Shown here: positions 15,422 through 25,252 of the stretch, in pieces | Numbering within the stretch: position 1 is the first letter of the stretch | Layout of the letters: the number at the start of each line of letters is the position of its first letter | From: Candidatus Eiseniibacteriota bacterium | Lineage (GTDB): Bacteria; Eisenbacteria; RBG-16-71-46 | Length of the DNA: 64,000 bases | Direction of reading: 5' to 3' | NCBI GenBank assembly: GCA_038231135.1 | Contig: JBBRLX010000007.1 | Location: forward strand, 1,087-65,086 | The notes under the pieces: model-generated | What the model was told of the DNA's origin: nothing | Databases searched by the model: none | The model's input: the letters and a program-made list of their open reading frames with translations, nothing else | Translations under genes and position numbers: made by a program

Positions 15422-16122
15422 GACCGCACCGCCGTCACGCGCGTCGCGTTCATGGTGTCGCTCTCGATCTTGCCATCGCGCATCCGCACGACCCGCTGCG
15501 CGTGCTGGGCGATGTCGGGCTCGTGGGTGACGACGATCACGGTGTTGCCCTGCCGCCAGATGCTCTCGAACGACGCCATGATCTCCTCGCCGGTGGTGCT
15601 GTCGAGGTTGCCGGTCGGCTCGTCGGCCAGGATGATGCTGGGGTGGTTCACGAGCGCGCGCGCGATCGCGACGCGCTGCCGCTGGCCGCCCGACAGCTCG
15701 TTGGGCCGGTGCTTCATGCGATCCGCCAGTCCCACCAGCGTGAGCGCCTCGCGCGCGCGCTTGCGCCGCTCCTCGTGCTTCATGCCGGCGTACACCAGCG
15801 GCAACTCGACGTTGTGCAGCGCGTCCGCGCGCGGCAGCAGGTTGAACGTCTGGAACACGAATCCGATCTCCTGATTCCGGATCCGCGCCAGTTCGTCGTC
15901 GCCCATCGTCGCGATCTCGTTGCCCTTGAGCCGGTAGGAGCCGGATGACGGCGTGTCGAGGCAGCCGAGGATGTTCATCAGCGTGGACTTGCCGGAGCCC
16001 GACGGCCCCATGATCGCGACGTATTCGTTCTTCTCGATGTCGAGATCCACGCCGTTCAGCGCGCGCACCTCCTCCTCGCCCACCTGATACGTGCGGTGCA
16101 TGTCGCGGATCTCGATCAGCAT
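15418..16122 (-). CDS. ABC transporter ATP-binding protein (MacB/LolD-type ATPase, stand-alone)
   Basis: Walker [10 protein letters not shown], signature LSGGQRQR, Walker B ILADEPT. Confidence 0.88.
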   Translation of the reverse strand: MLIEIRDMHRTYQVGEEEVRALNGVDLDIEKNEYVAIMGPSGSGKSTLMNILGCLDTPSSGSYRLKGNEIATMGDDELARIRNQEIGFVFQTFNLLPRADALHNVELPLVYAGMKHEERRKRAREALTLVGLADRMKHRPNELSGGQRQRVAIARALVNHPSIILADEPTGNLDSTTGEEIMASFESIWRQGNTVIVVTHEPDIAQHAQRVVRMRDGKIESDTMNATRVTAVRS

Positions 16123-17411
16123 TACGCCTTCTTTCCCGGCTTCGGGGCCGTCTCCTGCCGGACCTTGGATTCGGGCTTCAGCTCGCGCAGCGCCTTGTAG
16201 GGCCCCGACACGATCTGGTCGCCGGCCTGCAGCGTTCCCGTCACCTCGATCATCGTCTCGCTGGCGATGCCGGTGCGCACCGGCACGAACTTCGCGATGC
16301 CGTCCTTCACCACGAACACCCCGGTGACGTCCTTCTCCTTGCGCCCGGCGGTGTCCTCGTCCGCGGCGATCGCGTCGCCCTTGTGCGGCTTCTCGTCCTT
16401 GACGCCCTTCTTCCGGGCGGCACGCTCGAGTTCGCGATCGGTGCGCACCACGACCGCCTGGATCGGCACCGTGCGCGTGCCCGGGTGGGTCGCAGTCGAG
16501 ATCTCGACATCGGCGGTCATGCCCGGACGCACCTGGGGCACGTTGTCGTCGAACACCACCTTGACCTCGAAGTTCGTCTGGCCCTCGGCCGACGACACGA
16601 TCGAGCGCTTCGCGGTGTTGCCGATCTCGGTCACGGTGCCCACGAACGAGGTGTCGGGAATCGCGTCCACGGTGATCTTCGCCTTCTGCCCCACGCGCAT
16701 GTCGACGACGTCGGTCTCGTCGACGTCGGCCCGCACCAGCATCCGCGACAGGTCGGACACCGTCAGGATCTCGGTGCCGGGATTGTTCATGGTGCCGGTG
16801 ATCACGATCTCACCCTGCTCGACGTTCAGCGCGCTGACGATGCCGTCGTAGGGCGCCTCGAACCGGCACTTCTGCAACCGGTCCTGGGCGCCCGCCAGCG
16901 CGGCCTGGGCGCGGGACACCTCGTCCTGCGAGGTGCCCAGCAGCGCGCGCGCCGCGTCGTGGGTGCGCGACGCCTGGTCCCACTCGGCCGCCGACAGCAG
17001 GTTCTTCTCGAACAGCGCCTTCTGCCGCGTGAAGTTCGCTTCGGTCGTCTTGAGCGCCATCTCGGCGTCGCCCAGCCGGGTGCGGGCGCTCTGGACCGCG
17101 GCGCGGGCCTGGTCGTAGTCCGAGCGGTACTGGGTGTCGTCGAGTTGCAGCATGAGCTGACCCTTGTGGACGTGGTCGCCTTCCTTGACCTTGAGCCCGG
17201 TGATCTTGCCCATGATGTCGGCGCTGACCTTGACCTGGGTCTTGGGCTCGATCTTGCCGGGCGCCCGCACCACCGACGTGATGTCCTCGGTGCGCACGCG
17301 CGCGAACTGGACCGGCTCGCCCTTGCCCTTCCCGCTGCGGGCGATGTTCACCCCCACCAGCAGCACCACCACCGCCCCGCCGATTCCGATCCACAGCCAA
17401 CGCTTCTTCAT
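16122..17411 (-). CDS. Efflux transporter periplasmic adaptor (HlyD/MacA-family membrane fusion protein)
   Basis: N-terminal TM, coiled-coil, beta-barrel/lipoyl pattern. Confidence 0.8.
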   Translation of the reverse strand: MKKRWLWIGIGGAVVVLLVGVNIARSGKGKGEPVQFARVRTEDITSVVRAPGKIEPKTQVKVSADIMGKITGLKVKEGDHVHKGQLMLQLDDTQYRSDYDQARAAVQSARTRLGDAEMALKTTEANFTRQKALFEKNLLSAAEWDQASRTHDAARALLGTSQDEVSRAQAALAGAQDRLQKCRFEAPYDGIVSALNVEQGEIVITGTMNNPGTEILTVSDLSRMLVRADVDETDVVDMRVGQKAKITVDAIPDTSFVGTVTEIGNTAKRSIVSSAEGQTNFEVKVVFDDNVPQVRPGMTADVEISTATHPGTRTVPIQAVVVRTDRELERAARKKGVKDEKPHKGDAIAADEDTAGRKEKDVTGVFVVKDGIAKFVPVRTGIASETMIEVTGTLQAGDQIVSGPYKALRELKPESKVRQETAPKPGKKA

Positions 17412-17450
17412 TGTGCGGCGCTCCTTGCTGAACGTGCGGGTTGAAGCGGG

Positions 17451-18839
17451 CTATCTGCCGCTGCCGCGCACGAGCTCGATCTGGGCCTCGGCCACCCGCA
17501 GCTGGGCGCGCGCCGACACATCGTCGCCGAGCGCCCGCTGCAACTGCACTTCCGCGTCGATCAGTTCGAGAATGGTCGCGGAGCCCACGTTGTACTTCTG
17601 CTGCGTCAGGTTGAGGTTCTCGGCCGCCGACTCATCGGCGCGCTGCGCCACGGCGACGCGTTCGATCGCCTCGCGGTAGATCAGCAGCGTGCCGTGCACC
17701 TCGCTCGTCAGATTGCGGCGCAGCGCGTCGCGGTTCTCGCGGGCACGGATCCATCGCGCCCGGGCCGACGCACTCTGCGACTCCACCGTCAGGCCGTTGA
17801 ACAGGTCGAGGTTGAGCGCCACCTGGCCGCGCCATTCGCGATCGTCCTGGCTCGAGGACCCCTGGGGCGGAAACACCACATGCACGTCGGCCGAGTCGAA
17901 CGTGGTGGTCGCCACCTGCGAGAACCGCGAGTTGATCCCCACCGAGCCGGACACGGTCACGTACGGCAGGCGCTGGAACCGCGCCGCGTTCACGGACGCC
18001 CCCGCGGCCCGCACCGTGGCCTCCGCCGCGGCGATGTCGGGGCGGTTCTTGACGGCCTCCGCGAGCAGCGCGGCCTCGTCGTACGTCTGCGGCTCGGCGG
18101 TCAGCACCGTGTCGATGTCGCCGAGCTGCGCCTCCGCGACGCCGATCTGCTGCGCCAGCGTGACCCGGGTGGCGGTGATGTTCTGCACGGCGGTCAGCGA
18201 GTCGAGCTCGCTCTGCGCGGTGCGCACCTGCGACTTGAGCACGTCGCTGCGCGACACCGATCCCACTTCGAACAGCGCGCGCACGCGGCGTTCATCATCG
18301 CGCGACACGCGCAGCGCGGCGCCCGACACGGTCGCGATATGCTCGGCGGTGACCACGTCGTAGAACCGGCGGCGCGTGTCGAGGATCACGATGTTGCGCG
18401 TCTCGTGCCGTTGCAGCTGGGCGGCCTTGAGATTGGATCGTGCCGCGGAGAACCCGCTGAGCGACGACAGGTCGAGGATGTTCCATGAGCCCGACAGCAG
18501 GGGCACGGTCGAATAGCTCTCGAAGTCCGTCGAGCCCTGACCGCTCACCACCTGGCTGCCGTTGATGCGACTGCCCACGCCACGGGAGTTCGTGGTGAGC
18601 GAACCGGACCGGCCATAGCTCGCCGACACCCGCGGCAGCATCGCGGACGCCGAGCTGTAGACGCCGCCCTTCGCATCGAGGATGTCGGCCTCGGACGTCA
18701 CGATCTGGGAGTTGTGCTTGAGCGCGATCTCCACCGCGTGGTCGGCCGTCAGCGGCTGGGCGGCGGCGGTGCCCGGGCCGGCGGTGGTGGCGATCGTGGC
18801 GCACAGCAGTCCCGCGAGCGCGCGGGTCAGGGTCGTCAT
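17451..18839 (-). CDS. TolC-family outer membrane efflux protein
   Basis: Signal peptide MTTLTRALAGLLCATIATTAGPGTAAAQ after GGAGGA. Repeated OEP helical/barrel halves. Start chosen inside the 698-aa ORF. Confidence 0.78.
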   Translation of the reverse strand: MTTLTRALAGLLCATIATTAGPGTAAAQPLTADHAVEIALKHNSQIVTSEADILDAKGGVYSSASAMLPRVSASYGRSGSLTTNSRGVGSRINGSQVVSGQGSTDFESYSTVPLLSGSWNILDLSSLSGFSAARSNLKAAQLQRHETRNIVILDTRRRFYDVVTAEHIATVSGAALRVSRDDERRVRALFEVGSVSRSDVLKSQVRTAQSELDSLTAVQNITATRVTLAQQIGVAEAQLGDIDTVLTAEPQTYDEAALLAEAVKNRPDIAAAEATVRAAGASVNAARFQRLPYVTVSGSVGINSRFSQVATTTFDSADVHVVFPPQGSSSQDDREWRGQVALNLDLFNGLTVESQSASARARWIRARENRDALRRNLTSEVHGTLLIYREAIERVAVAQRADESAAENLNLTQQKYNVGSATILELIDAEVQLQRALGDDVSARAQLRVAEAQIELVRGSGR

Positions 18840-18913
18840 GCATCCTCCATGAAGGTTCGTCACCGGGACCGTCCCGGCCATGTCATGAACTACGGTGTGG
18901 ACAGGAAATGGTT

Positions 18914-19681
18914 TCACGAAGCCCCCGGACCGAACATCGCCCCCATCGCGGACAGGAACACGAGTGCCGCCAGGTACAGGCCGCCGAGCACCCACGCGAC
19001 CGACGGGCGCTTGGCCCCCGACAGCGCGGTGGCGCCGAGGATCGCGACCGCGAGCCACCAGATCGCGAACGGCCCGAGCCCGTCGAGGAACCCGCCGAGC
19101 CCGGTCATCAGCTTGGACGGCGTATCCGAGTCCGGCAGCAGGATTCCGAATCCGACGTGGATCCCCTTCAGCGTCTCCTTGGTCCAGCCGAGCCACGTCG
19201 TGACCGCCAGCGAGGGCACGGTGATCAGTGCGGACCACGCCGCCACCTCGAGCGCGAGCCGGTACTTGAGCCGGGTGCCGAGGATGAACCCGCAACCAAA
19301 CCAGATCAGGAGCGCCATGATCATGGTGATGATCGGCGTGATCAGCACCTGGATGCCGACCGACACGGCGAGCCCGGCCGGGCTCGTCATGAACTCCTCC
19401 ATCTTCTGCAGCTGCCCGGCCGGCAGCTTGCCGTCCTGGTCCAGTTGCTCGTAACGCGCGACCGTCATCGGAACGATGGCGCGCTGGTAGAGGATCGCTC
19501 CGGAAGCGCCGGTCGTGAGCATCAGGATCAACATCGGAAACCACCATTGGACCCGCGTCTCGAGTCCGGCCCAGGCGCTGCCCGGTCGCGCGAATATGCG
19601 CACCACGCGTTCGAGCAGCGACGGCACGGACTCCGGAGACGGGTCCGTGGCGGGTGAAGCCACCGGCACATTGATTTCCAA
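18914..19681 (-). CDS. Yip1-family integral membrane protein
   Basis: Five to six hydrophobic helices. TTG start 7 nt after GGAGG. Confidence 0.55.
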   Translation of the reverse strand: MEINVPVASPATDPSPESVPSLLERVVRIFARPGSAWAGLETRVQWWFPMLILMLTTGASGAILYQRAIVPMTVARYEQLDQDGKLPAGQLQKMEEFMTSPAGLAVSVGIQVLITPIITMIMALLIWFGCGFILGTRLKYRLALEVAAWSALITVPSLAVTTWLGWTKETLKGIHVGFGILLPDSDTPSKLMTGLGGFLDGLGPFAIWWLAVAILGATALSGAKRPSVAWVLGGLYLAALVFLSAMGAMFGPGAS

Positions 19682-19863
19682 GGGGGGGCCTCCTCGAGGG
19701 GCGTTAGGGGGTCGGAGAGGACGGACGAACGACGCACATTATGGAACCGGGCCAACCGGCGTCAACGCTTCGGTACCGGCGCGGGTTTTCCAAGCACTGG
19801 CGCGGCAACTTCCCTATTCGAAGCCGCTTAGACCCGAATCACGCCAAGCACACTACTGGAGCA

Positions 19864-20019
19864 GCGGAAACAGCCCTGAGGTGAGGTTCCGGAGGCGGGG
19901 ACCGAGCGCAGCGCGAGTGTGAATGGAAGCACGGAGCGCTGCGCGAGTAGGCCGGCTCCGCCAGGAGGGCGGAGCCGGCCTACTCGCCGGAGGAATCTCA
20001 CCTCAGGGCTGTTTCCGCG
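19864..20019. repeat. 156-bp nested inverted-repeat element (22-bp perfect terminal inverted repeats enclosing a 19-bp perfect hairpin)
   Basis: gcggaaacagccctgaggtgag (19864-19885) is the exact reverse complement of 19998-20019. Inside, cgagtaggccggctccgcc / ggcggagccggcctactcg flank an aggag loop, plus a 15-nt direct repeat gagcgc(a/t)gcgcgagt. Confidence 0.6.
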
Positions 20020-20039
20020 GACGTCCTAACGAATGGAGC

Positions 20040-20756
20040 CTAATGGAGGCTGAAACGTACCGGCACCGCAACCCACACCGCGACCGGCTTGTTGTTCGAC
20101 AGCGCCGGCTTGAACACCCATCCCTTCACCGCGTCCTCGGCGTTCTTGTCGAGCATCGGGATCGACTTGACCACCTTGGTGTCCTTCACCCTGCCATCCT
20201 TGCCCACCAGCGCCTGCACCATGACGGTGCCATCGACGCCCGCTTCGCGCGCCATGTCGGGATACACCGGCTGCACCTTGGTGATCGCCTCGGGCAGCTC
20301 CTCGACGTACACGTATTCGCCGAACTTCGGCAGCTCGTCCTCGGCCGGCGGCGCGACCACGATGTCCTTGTCGCCCGCGTCCACGCCCGGCGTGGTGTTC
20401 GCGATCTCCTCCTGCGAGGCGATCGTCTGCTCGGGCGGCGCCTCGGCGTCCGGCACCGGCACCGCCACGCCGACCGTGGGCGGCGCGACCGGCGTGGTGA
20501 CGGCCACCTGCGGCGGCGGCGCCTGGTCGGTGAGCGGCGGCGGCGCCGCCAGCTCGCGATACGGCACGACGATCACGCTGGTTTCCTTCGCGCGATGCGA
20601 CAGCAGAATCGACGTGCCGAGCGACAGCAGGAACGCCACGATCCATACCGCGCAGCCGACCAGCACGGCGCGCACCATGTACTTGCGGGCGACCTCGCGA
20701 AGCTCGGGGGCCCCATAGGGCATGAACTCGTACAGGGAAACCGAAGGAGTGCTCAC
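20040..20756 (-). CDS. tonB: Energy transducer TonB-family protein
   Basis: N-terminal TM, Pro-rich spacer (PPPLTDQAPPPQVAVTTPVAPP), C-terminal TonB domain. GTG overlaps the exbD stop. Confidence 0.75.
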   Translation of the reverse strand: MSTPSVSLYEFMPYGAPELREVARKYMVRAVLVGCAVWIVAFLLSLGTSILLSHRAKETSVIVVPYRELAAPPPLTDQAPPPQVAVTTPVAPPTVGVAVPVPDAEAPPEQTIASQEEIANTTPGVDAGDKDIVVAPPAEDELPKFGEYVYVEELPEAITKVQPVYPDMAREAGVDGTVMVQALVGKDGRVKDTKVVKSIPMLDKNAEDAVKGWVFKPALSNNKPVAVWVAVPVRFSLH

Positions 20757-21256
20757 AGGCTCTGCACCTCCGCCTTCTCGGTCGGCGCGAGCGTCGCCAG
20801 TGAGAAGCGCGTCATGTTCGCGAGATCGAGCTCGTCGATGATCTTCACCATGTCGTTGAACTTCGCGTCGCGATCGATCTTGATGACCACCACGATGTCC
20901 TTGTTGCCCTTGTACTGCGTGAACACGTTGCCGAGCGACGCCACAGGCGTGCGGGCCCACGGCACGGTCTTGCCGCCGCGTTTCCAGTAGGCGCGATTGT
21001 CGTCGAGCACCCAGATGCTGACGACCTTCGATTCCGCGATGTCGATCTTGATGTTCTCGTCGGGCGGCAGGTTGATCTCGAGCGCCTGCGGAGTGCGGAA
21101 CACGGTGGTGACCATGAAGAAGATCAGCAGCAGGAATGCCACGTCCACCATGGGCGTCATGTCGATCCGCACGCCGACGCGCCGCTTCGGCCGGCTGACG
21201 CCCTTGCCCTTCTTCTTCTTCCCCCGACTACGATCGGGTGTGTCGACTGCGCCCAC
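20753..21256 (-). CDS. exbD: Biopolymer transport protein ExbD/TolR (copy 2)
   Basis: MTPMVDVAFLLLIFFM motif. GTG start 6 nt after GAGGAGGTGG. Confidence 0.82.
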   Translation of the reverse strand: MGAVDTPDRSRGKKKKGKGVSRPKRRVGVRIDMTPMVDVAFLLLIFFMVTTVFRTPQALEINLPPDENIKIDIAESKVVSIWVLDDNRAYWKRGGKTVPWARTPVASLGNVFTQYKGNKDIVVVIKIDRDAKFNDMVKIIDELDLANMTRFSLATLAPTEKAEVQSL

Positions 21257-21277
21257 GGGAACCCACCTCCTCGAACG

Positions 21278-21772
21278 TTACTTGGTGGCTGCCTTCTGCG
21301 AGAAGAACCCCTTCTTGCCTTCGAGCTCGGTCTGCACGTTGAACCGCGACGCCTTGGCCTGCTGCAGCGCCGGCATCAGGTCCGCCATCACGCCGTACGG
21401 CGCGTCCTTGTCCATCTTCACGATCATGCGCGCCGACGGATTCGCCGCGCGCGCCACGGACAGCACGCCGCCCATGCGGTCCTTCACCATGTCGGCCGGG
21501 ATCTCCTCCGACACCTCGGCGCCGCCCTTGCGATAGATCACCCGCACGTGCGGCTGGTTGCCGTACTCGGCCTTGCGGGCGGTGACGGCCACCGTGATGA
21601 TCTCGGACTCCGGCGACTTCGCCTCGGAGTTCGAGTCGGGCAGCGTGATCTTGTCCTTCTCCGGCGGCTTGAACTGCGTCGTCAGCATGAAGAAAATCAG
21701 CAGCAGGAACGCCACGTCGACCATCGGCGTCATGTCGATGGACACTCCGATGCGGCGTTTCTTCTTGAGCAT
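21278..21772 (-). CDS. exbD: Biopolymer transport protein ExbD/TolR (copy 1)
   Basis: SIDMTPMVDVAFLLLIFFM. AGGAG 6 nt upstream of ATG. Confidence 0.82.
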   Translation of the reverse strand: MLKKKRRIGVSIDMTPMVDVAFLLLIFFMLTTQFKPPEKDKITLPDSNSEAKSPESEIITVAVTARKAEYGNQPHVRVIYRKGGAEVSEEIPADMVKDRMGGVLSVARAANPSARMIVKMDKDAPYGVMADLMPALQQAKASRFNVQTELEGKKGFFSQKAATK

Positions 21773-21781
21773 TCCCGGCTC

Positions 21782-22522
21782 CTAACGCTTCTCGGTGGCG
21801 GAGGCGGTGAGCAGCTGGATGGTCTCGTACGACGCCTCGTCCATCATGTAGTTGAAGTTGTCGACGCGCGTCACGAACACGTTGTAGGCGACGATGCCGG
21901 CGATCGCGGCGATGAGTCCGCCGGCGGTGTTGATGAGCGCCTCCGAGATGCCGACGGCGAGCTTCGTCGCATCGACGGCGCCGGTGTGGCCGAGCGCCGC
22001 GAACGACCGGATCATGCCGAGCACCGTGCCCAGCAGTCCGACCATCGTCGAGATCGACGCGATCGTCGACAGCGCGGTGAGGTTGCGCTCGAGCAGCGGC
22101 ACCTCGAGGCCGTTGGCCTCCTGGATCGCCGCCTGGGTCTCGGACACGATCTTGTCCTTGGGCGCGCCTTCCATGCGCAGCTGCTGGTAGCGCTCGAGCC
22201 CGGCGCGGATCACGTTCGCCGCCGAACCGCGCTGCTTCGCGCACGCGTCGATCGCGCCGTCGATGTCGCCGGCGTGGAGCCGCTTGCGCACGTTGTTGAG
22301 GAACTGCGGCAGTGGACCACGGCCCGCCGCCTTCTTCAGGCTCCAGATCCGCTCGAAGATGAATGCGGTCTGCAGGATGATCAGCAGAATCAGGCCGGCC
22401 ACCAGCGGACCGCCCTGCTTCATCTGATTGCCGACCTCGCCGATCGCCGGAAGGTTCCACCACAGGGTGATGGAGATGAACAGTGCCGCGATGAAGCCCA
22501 GTGGGACGATGAAACGACTCAT
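21782..22522 (-). CDS. exbB: MotA/TolQ/ExbB proton-channel protein
   Basis: 246 aa with three TM helices and the conserved C-terminal TolQ/ExbB region. ATG at MSRFIV chosen inside the 362-aa ORF, with AAGAGGAAG upstream. Confidence 0.8.
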   Translation of the reverse strand: MSRFIVPLGFIAALFISITLWWNLPAIGEVGNQMKQGGPLVAGLILLIILQTAFIFERIWSLKKAAGRGPLPQFLNNVRKRLHAGDIDGAIDACAKQRGSAANVIRAGLERYQQLRMEGAPKDKIVSETQAAIQEANGLEVPLLERNLTALSTIASISTMVGLLGTVLGMIRSFAALGHTGAVDATKLAVGISEALINTAGGLIAAIAGIVAYNVFVTRVDNFNYMMDEASYETIQLLTASATEKR

Positions 22523-22677
22523 GTGTCGGTCTTCCTCTTTGTCCGGCGGTCGCGGATCGCGGTGCGACTGCGCGGCGGTTCGAGTACGAGGCAGGCGTCC
22601 GGTGGCCGCCTGCCGGCGGAACTGCTCTGGGCCGGCGAGCAGCGGCACCGGCGTGTCGTGTTGGTGTCCTCGAGAGG

Positions 22678-23019
22678 TCAGCCGGCGAACGCCGCGATGG
22701 CCTCCTCCTCGGTCTCGTGATGATCGAACACCATGATCAGCTTCGTCATGGTGAACAGGTCCCGCAGCCGCTTGCCCAGCCCGCACAGCTTGATCTCGCC
22801 GTTGCGCCCCTTGTAGTTCACGTAGCCGCGCATCACCACGCCGATGCCGATCGAGTTGAGCGCGGAGCATTCCGACATGTTGAGCACGAGCCGCGTGTTG
22901 CCGGCGGCCGCCTCGTCCATGATCGCCTTCTGCAGCTCGTCGGTCTCCTTGTCGCCGAAGAACCCGCCGCGCGGATACAGCACCACGATGCTGCGCACTT
23001 CACGACGCTTGATGGCCAC
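22678..23019 (-). CDS. STAS-domain protein (anti-sigma-factor antagonist, SpoIIAA-like)
   Basis: 113 aa with a STAS pattern (...NMSECSALNSIGIGVVM..., conserved phosphorylatable Ser region). Confidence 0.7.
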   Translation of the reverse strand: MAIKRREVRSIVVLYPRGGFFGDKETDELQKAIMDEAAAGNTRLVLNMSECSALNSIGIGVVMRGYVNYKGRNGEIKLCGLGKRLRDLFTMTKLIMVFDHHETEEEAIAAFAG

Positions 23020-23055
23020 GACCGATCCCTCGTCTTCCGCCGGCCACGACCGGCA

Positions 23056-23403
23056 CTACACCGATTCCCGTTCCGCGAAGCTCGCGATCGCCTGATCCTC
23101 GCTGGGATAGACGTCGAACACCATCGACAGCTTGGTGATCACGAAGATGTTCTCGATGCGCTTGTCCACGCAGCACAGTTTCATCTGGCCGCCGCGTCGG
23201 ATGTAGCTCGAATGGGCGGAGATCAGCACCCCCAGCGCCGTCGAGTTCAGGTGCTGGGTCTCGCCCAGGTTGATCACCAGGTTCTTGTTGCCGCTCTCTC
23301 CCAGCGACTTGATCGCGCGTTCGAGTTCGTCGGTCTCGTCACCCCCGGTCAGATACCCCTTGGGCGCCACGACCGCGATATCGCCTACCTGCCGCTGTTT
23401 CAT
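23056..23403 (-). CDS. STAS-domain protein (paralog)
   Basis: 115 aa, same fold pattern (NLGETQHLNSTALGVLI). GGAAGGAG upstream of ATG. Confidence 0.7.
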   Translation of the reverse strand: MKQRQVGDIAVVAPKGYLTGGDETDELERAIKSLGESGNKNLVINLGETQHLNSTALGVLISAHSSYIRRGGQMKLCCVDKRIENIFVITKLSMVFDVYPSEDQAIASFAERESV

Positions 23404-23426
23404 GGTGCTCCTTCCCGCCGCGGCGC

Positions 23427-25252
23427 TCAGCAGCCGAGGCTCTTCTTGCCCCGCAGTGCGTCGGGCTGCGTCGGTTCGATCGCGAGCGCCTTCGCATAGG
23501 CCTCGCACGCCTTCGCGCGGTTGCCCGAGTTCTGATAACCCTGCCCCAGCCACACCCATGCCTGCGCGTCCTGGGGGTTGATCTGCACCGCGCGTTCCAG
23601 CATGCGAATGGCCTCCGCGTACTCCTTCGCGAGCAGCTTGTAGTATCCGAGCTGGCGCTGGGCCACCCCAGTGTTCTTGTTCGTCCCCAGGGAATCCAGG
23701 TCGCTGGCCCGGCTCAGCTCGCGCTGCGCCTGCGGCACCGAATCCACCTGCGCGTACAGCAGCCCGAGCCAGAAATGCCGGTCGGCCTTGCCGTCCGCGA
23801 GCGCCGCCGCCTGGCGGAGCGCGTCCAGCGCCTGCGGATACTGCTTCATCTCCTTGTCGGACAAACCGATGTAGTAGTAAGCCTCGTCGTTGTTTGGGTC
23901 AAGCGCGATTCGCCGGGTGAAATACCCCACCGCGGCCGGGTAGTCCTTGTCGCGGAACTTCATCTTGCCGAGCTCGTTGAGGGCGAACTTGCCGTTGCGC
24001 GCCGCCGAATCGGCGTTCACCATCGCCAGGTACAGCGATTCCGCCCGCGCCGGCTGCTTCATGATCACCAGCACCTGCGCCATGCGCAGCTGGTCCTCGG
24101 CCTCGGGGTCCGCGCGATCGTAGTCGGCGATCGCCTTGTCGTACTCCTTGCGGTCCACGAACAGCCGGAACCGGTTCCGGTACATCTCCTTGGACTTGTC
24201 GCCGAGCTGCTCCGCCTTGTTCATCGCGGTCAGCGCCTCGTCCTTGAGCCCGAGGTGGTAGTAGGTGCGCCCGAGATCGCTCCAGCCCTTGGGATCGTCG
24301 GGCATCATCTGCGTGTACTTCTCGAGCGGCGCCCGCGCCTCGGCGTAGCGGCGGGCATCGGCCTGACCCGAGCGGTAGTAGAGATCGCCGAGCGCGTACT
24401 GGGCGGGCGCGTACTCGGGGTCCCGCGCCACGACGTCCTTGTAGGCCTCGAGCGCGTCGCTGTAGCGCTGCGAATAGAACAGCGCCTGTCCCAGCTTGAA
24501 GCGCAGCTCGATGTCGGACGAGTCCTTTTCGATCGCCGCCTGGTACTCGGGCACCGCGAGCTCGAACGTGCCGCGCTTGATGTAGAAGTCGCCGAGCGCC
24601 CGCCGCGGCGCCGCATCCTCGGGCGCCTGCTCGCGGGCGCGCGTGTAGTAGATGCCGGCGTCGCGTAGCGAATCGCGCGCGATCTCGGCGTCGCCGAGCG
24701 CCACGAGGAACCGCGGCTGCCACCTGGGTCCCCAGTTGAGTCCGCGGTTCAGCGCCTCGACCGCCTTGTCGTGCTGATGGGTCTCGATCAGGCACTCGCC
24801 GAGCGCGAGCTGCGCCTCGGGAAACTTGCGGTCGATGTCGGTCGCCCGCTGCAGCAGCGGCACCGCCTCCGTGCACTTGTCCTGGCGGCGCAGCGCCTCG
24901 CCCTCGCCGTAGTACGGCCACGCCAGGTTCGGATCCATCTTGCGTGCGAGCTGGAACGCCTCGATCGCCTTGGCGTTCTGACGCCGCTTGAGCCACACCT
25001 GCCCCACACCCGAACGGCCCTCGGCCTGACCCTGTGCCGCGGCCTTCTCGAACAGCGTCAACGCCTGGTCGTACTGGCCCGCCTGCAGCGCGGCGCGGCC
25101 GTCCCTGAGATCGTCCGCGCCCGCACGCACCGGTGCCAGAACCAGCGACGCGAGCAGCAGCGCCGGCCAACCCATGGACCTGAGGGCACGCGTGGCACGG
25201 CCCGGCGTGGAGGCAATCGCGGCACGGATGGAATCGTTCCTGGCATCGGTCA
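23427..25252 (-). CDS. Secreted tetratricopeptide-repeat (TPR) protein
   Basis: Signal peptide, then at least 12 TPR-like units. ATG overlaps the stop of the PstS-like gene. Confidence 0.7.

Noticed and set aside
19682-19863. tRNA or other small RNA gene in the 360-nt yip1-tonB intergenic region
   Set aside because: No acceptor/T-arm (GTTCRANYC) cloverleaf could be folded by eye. The region is better explained as promoter plus the inverted-repeat element.
19923-20990. Plus-strand 355-aa ORF starting inside the inverted-repeat element
   Set aside because: It is antisense to tonB and exbD. Its translation is low-complexity Arg/Gly/His-rich and it starts within a palindrome, so it is an artefact.
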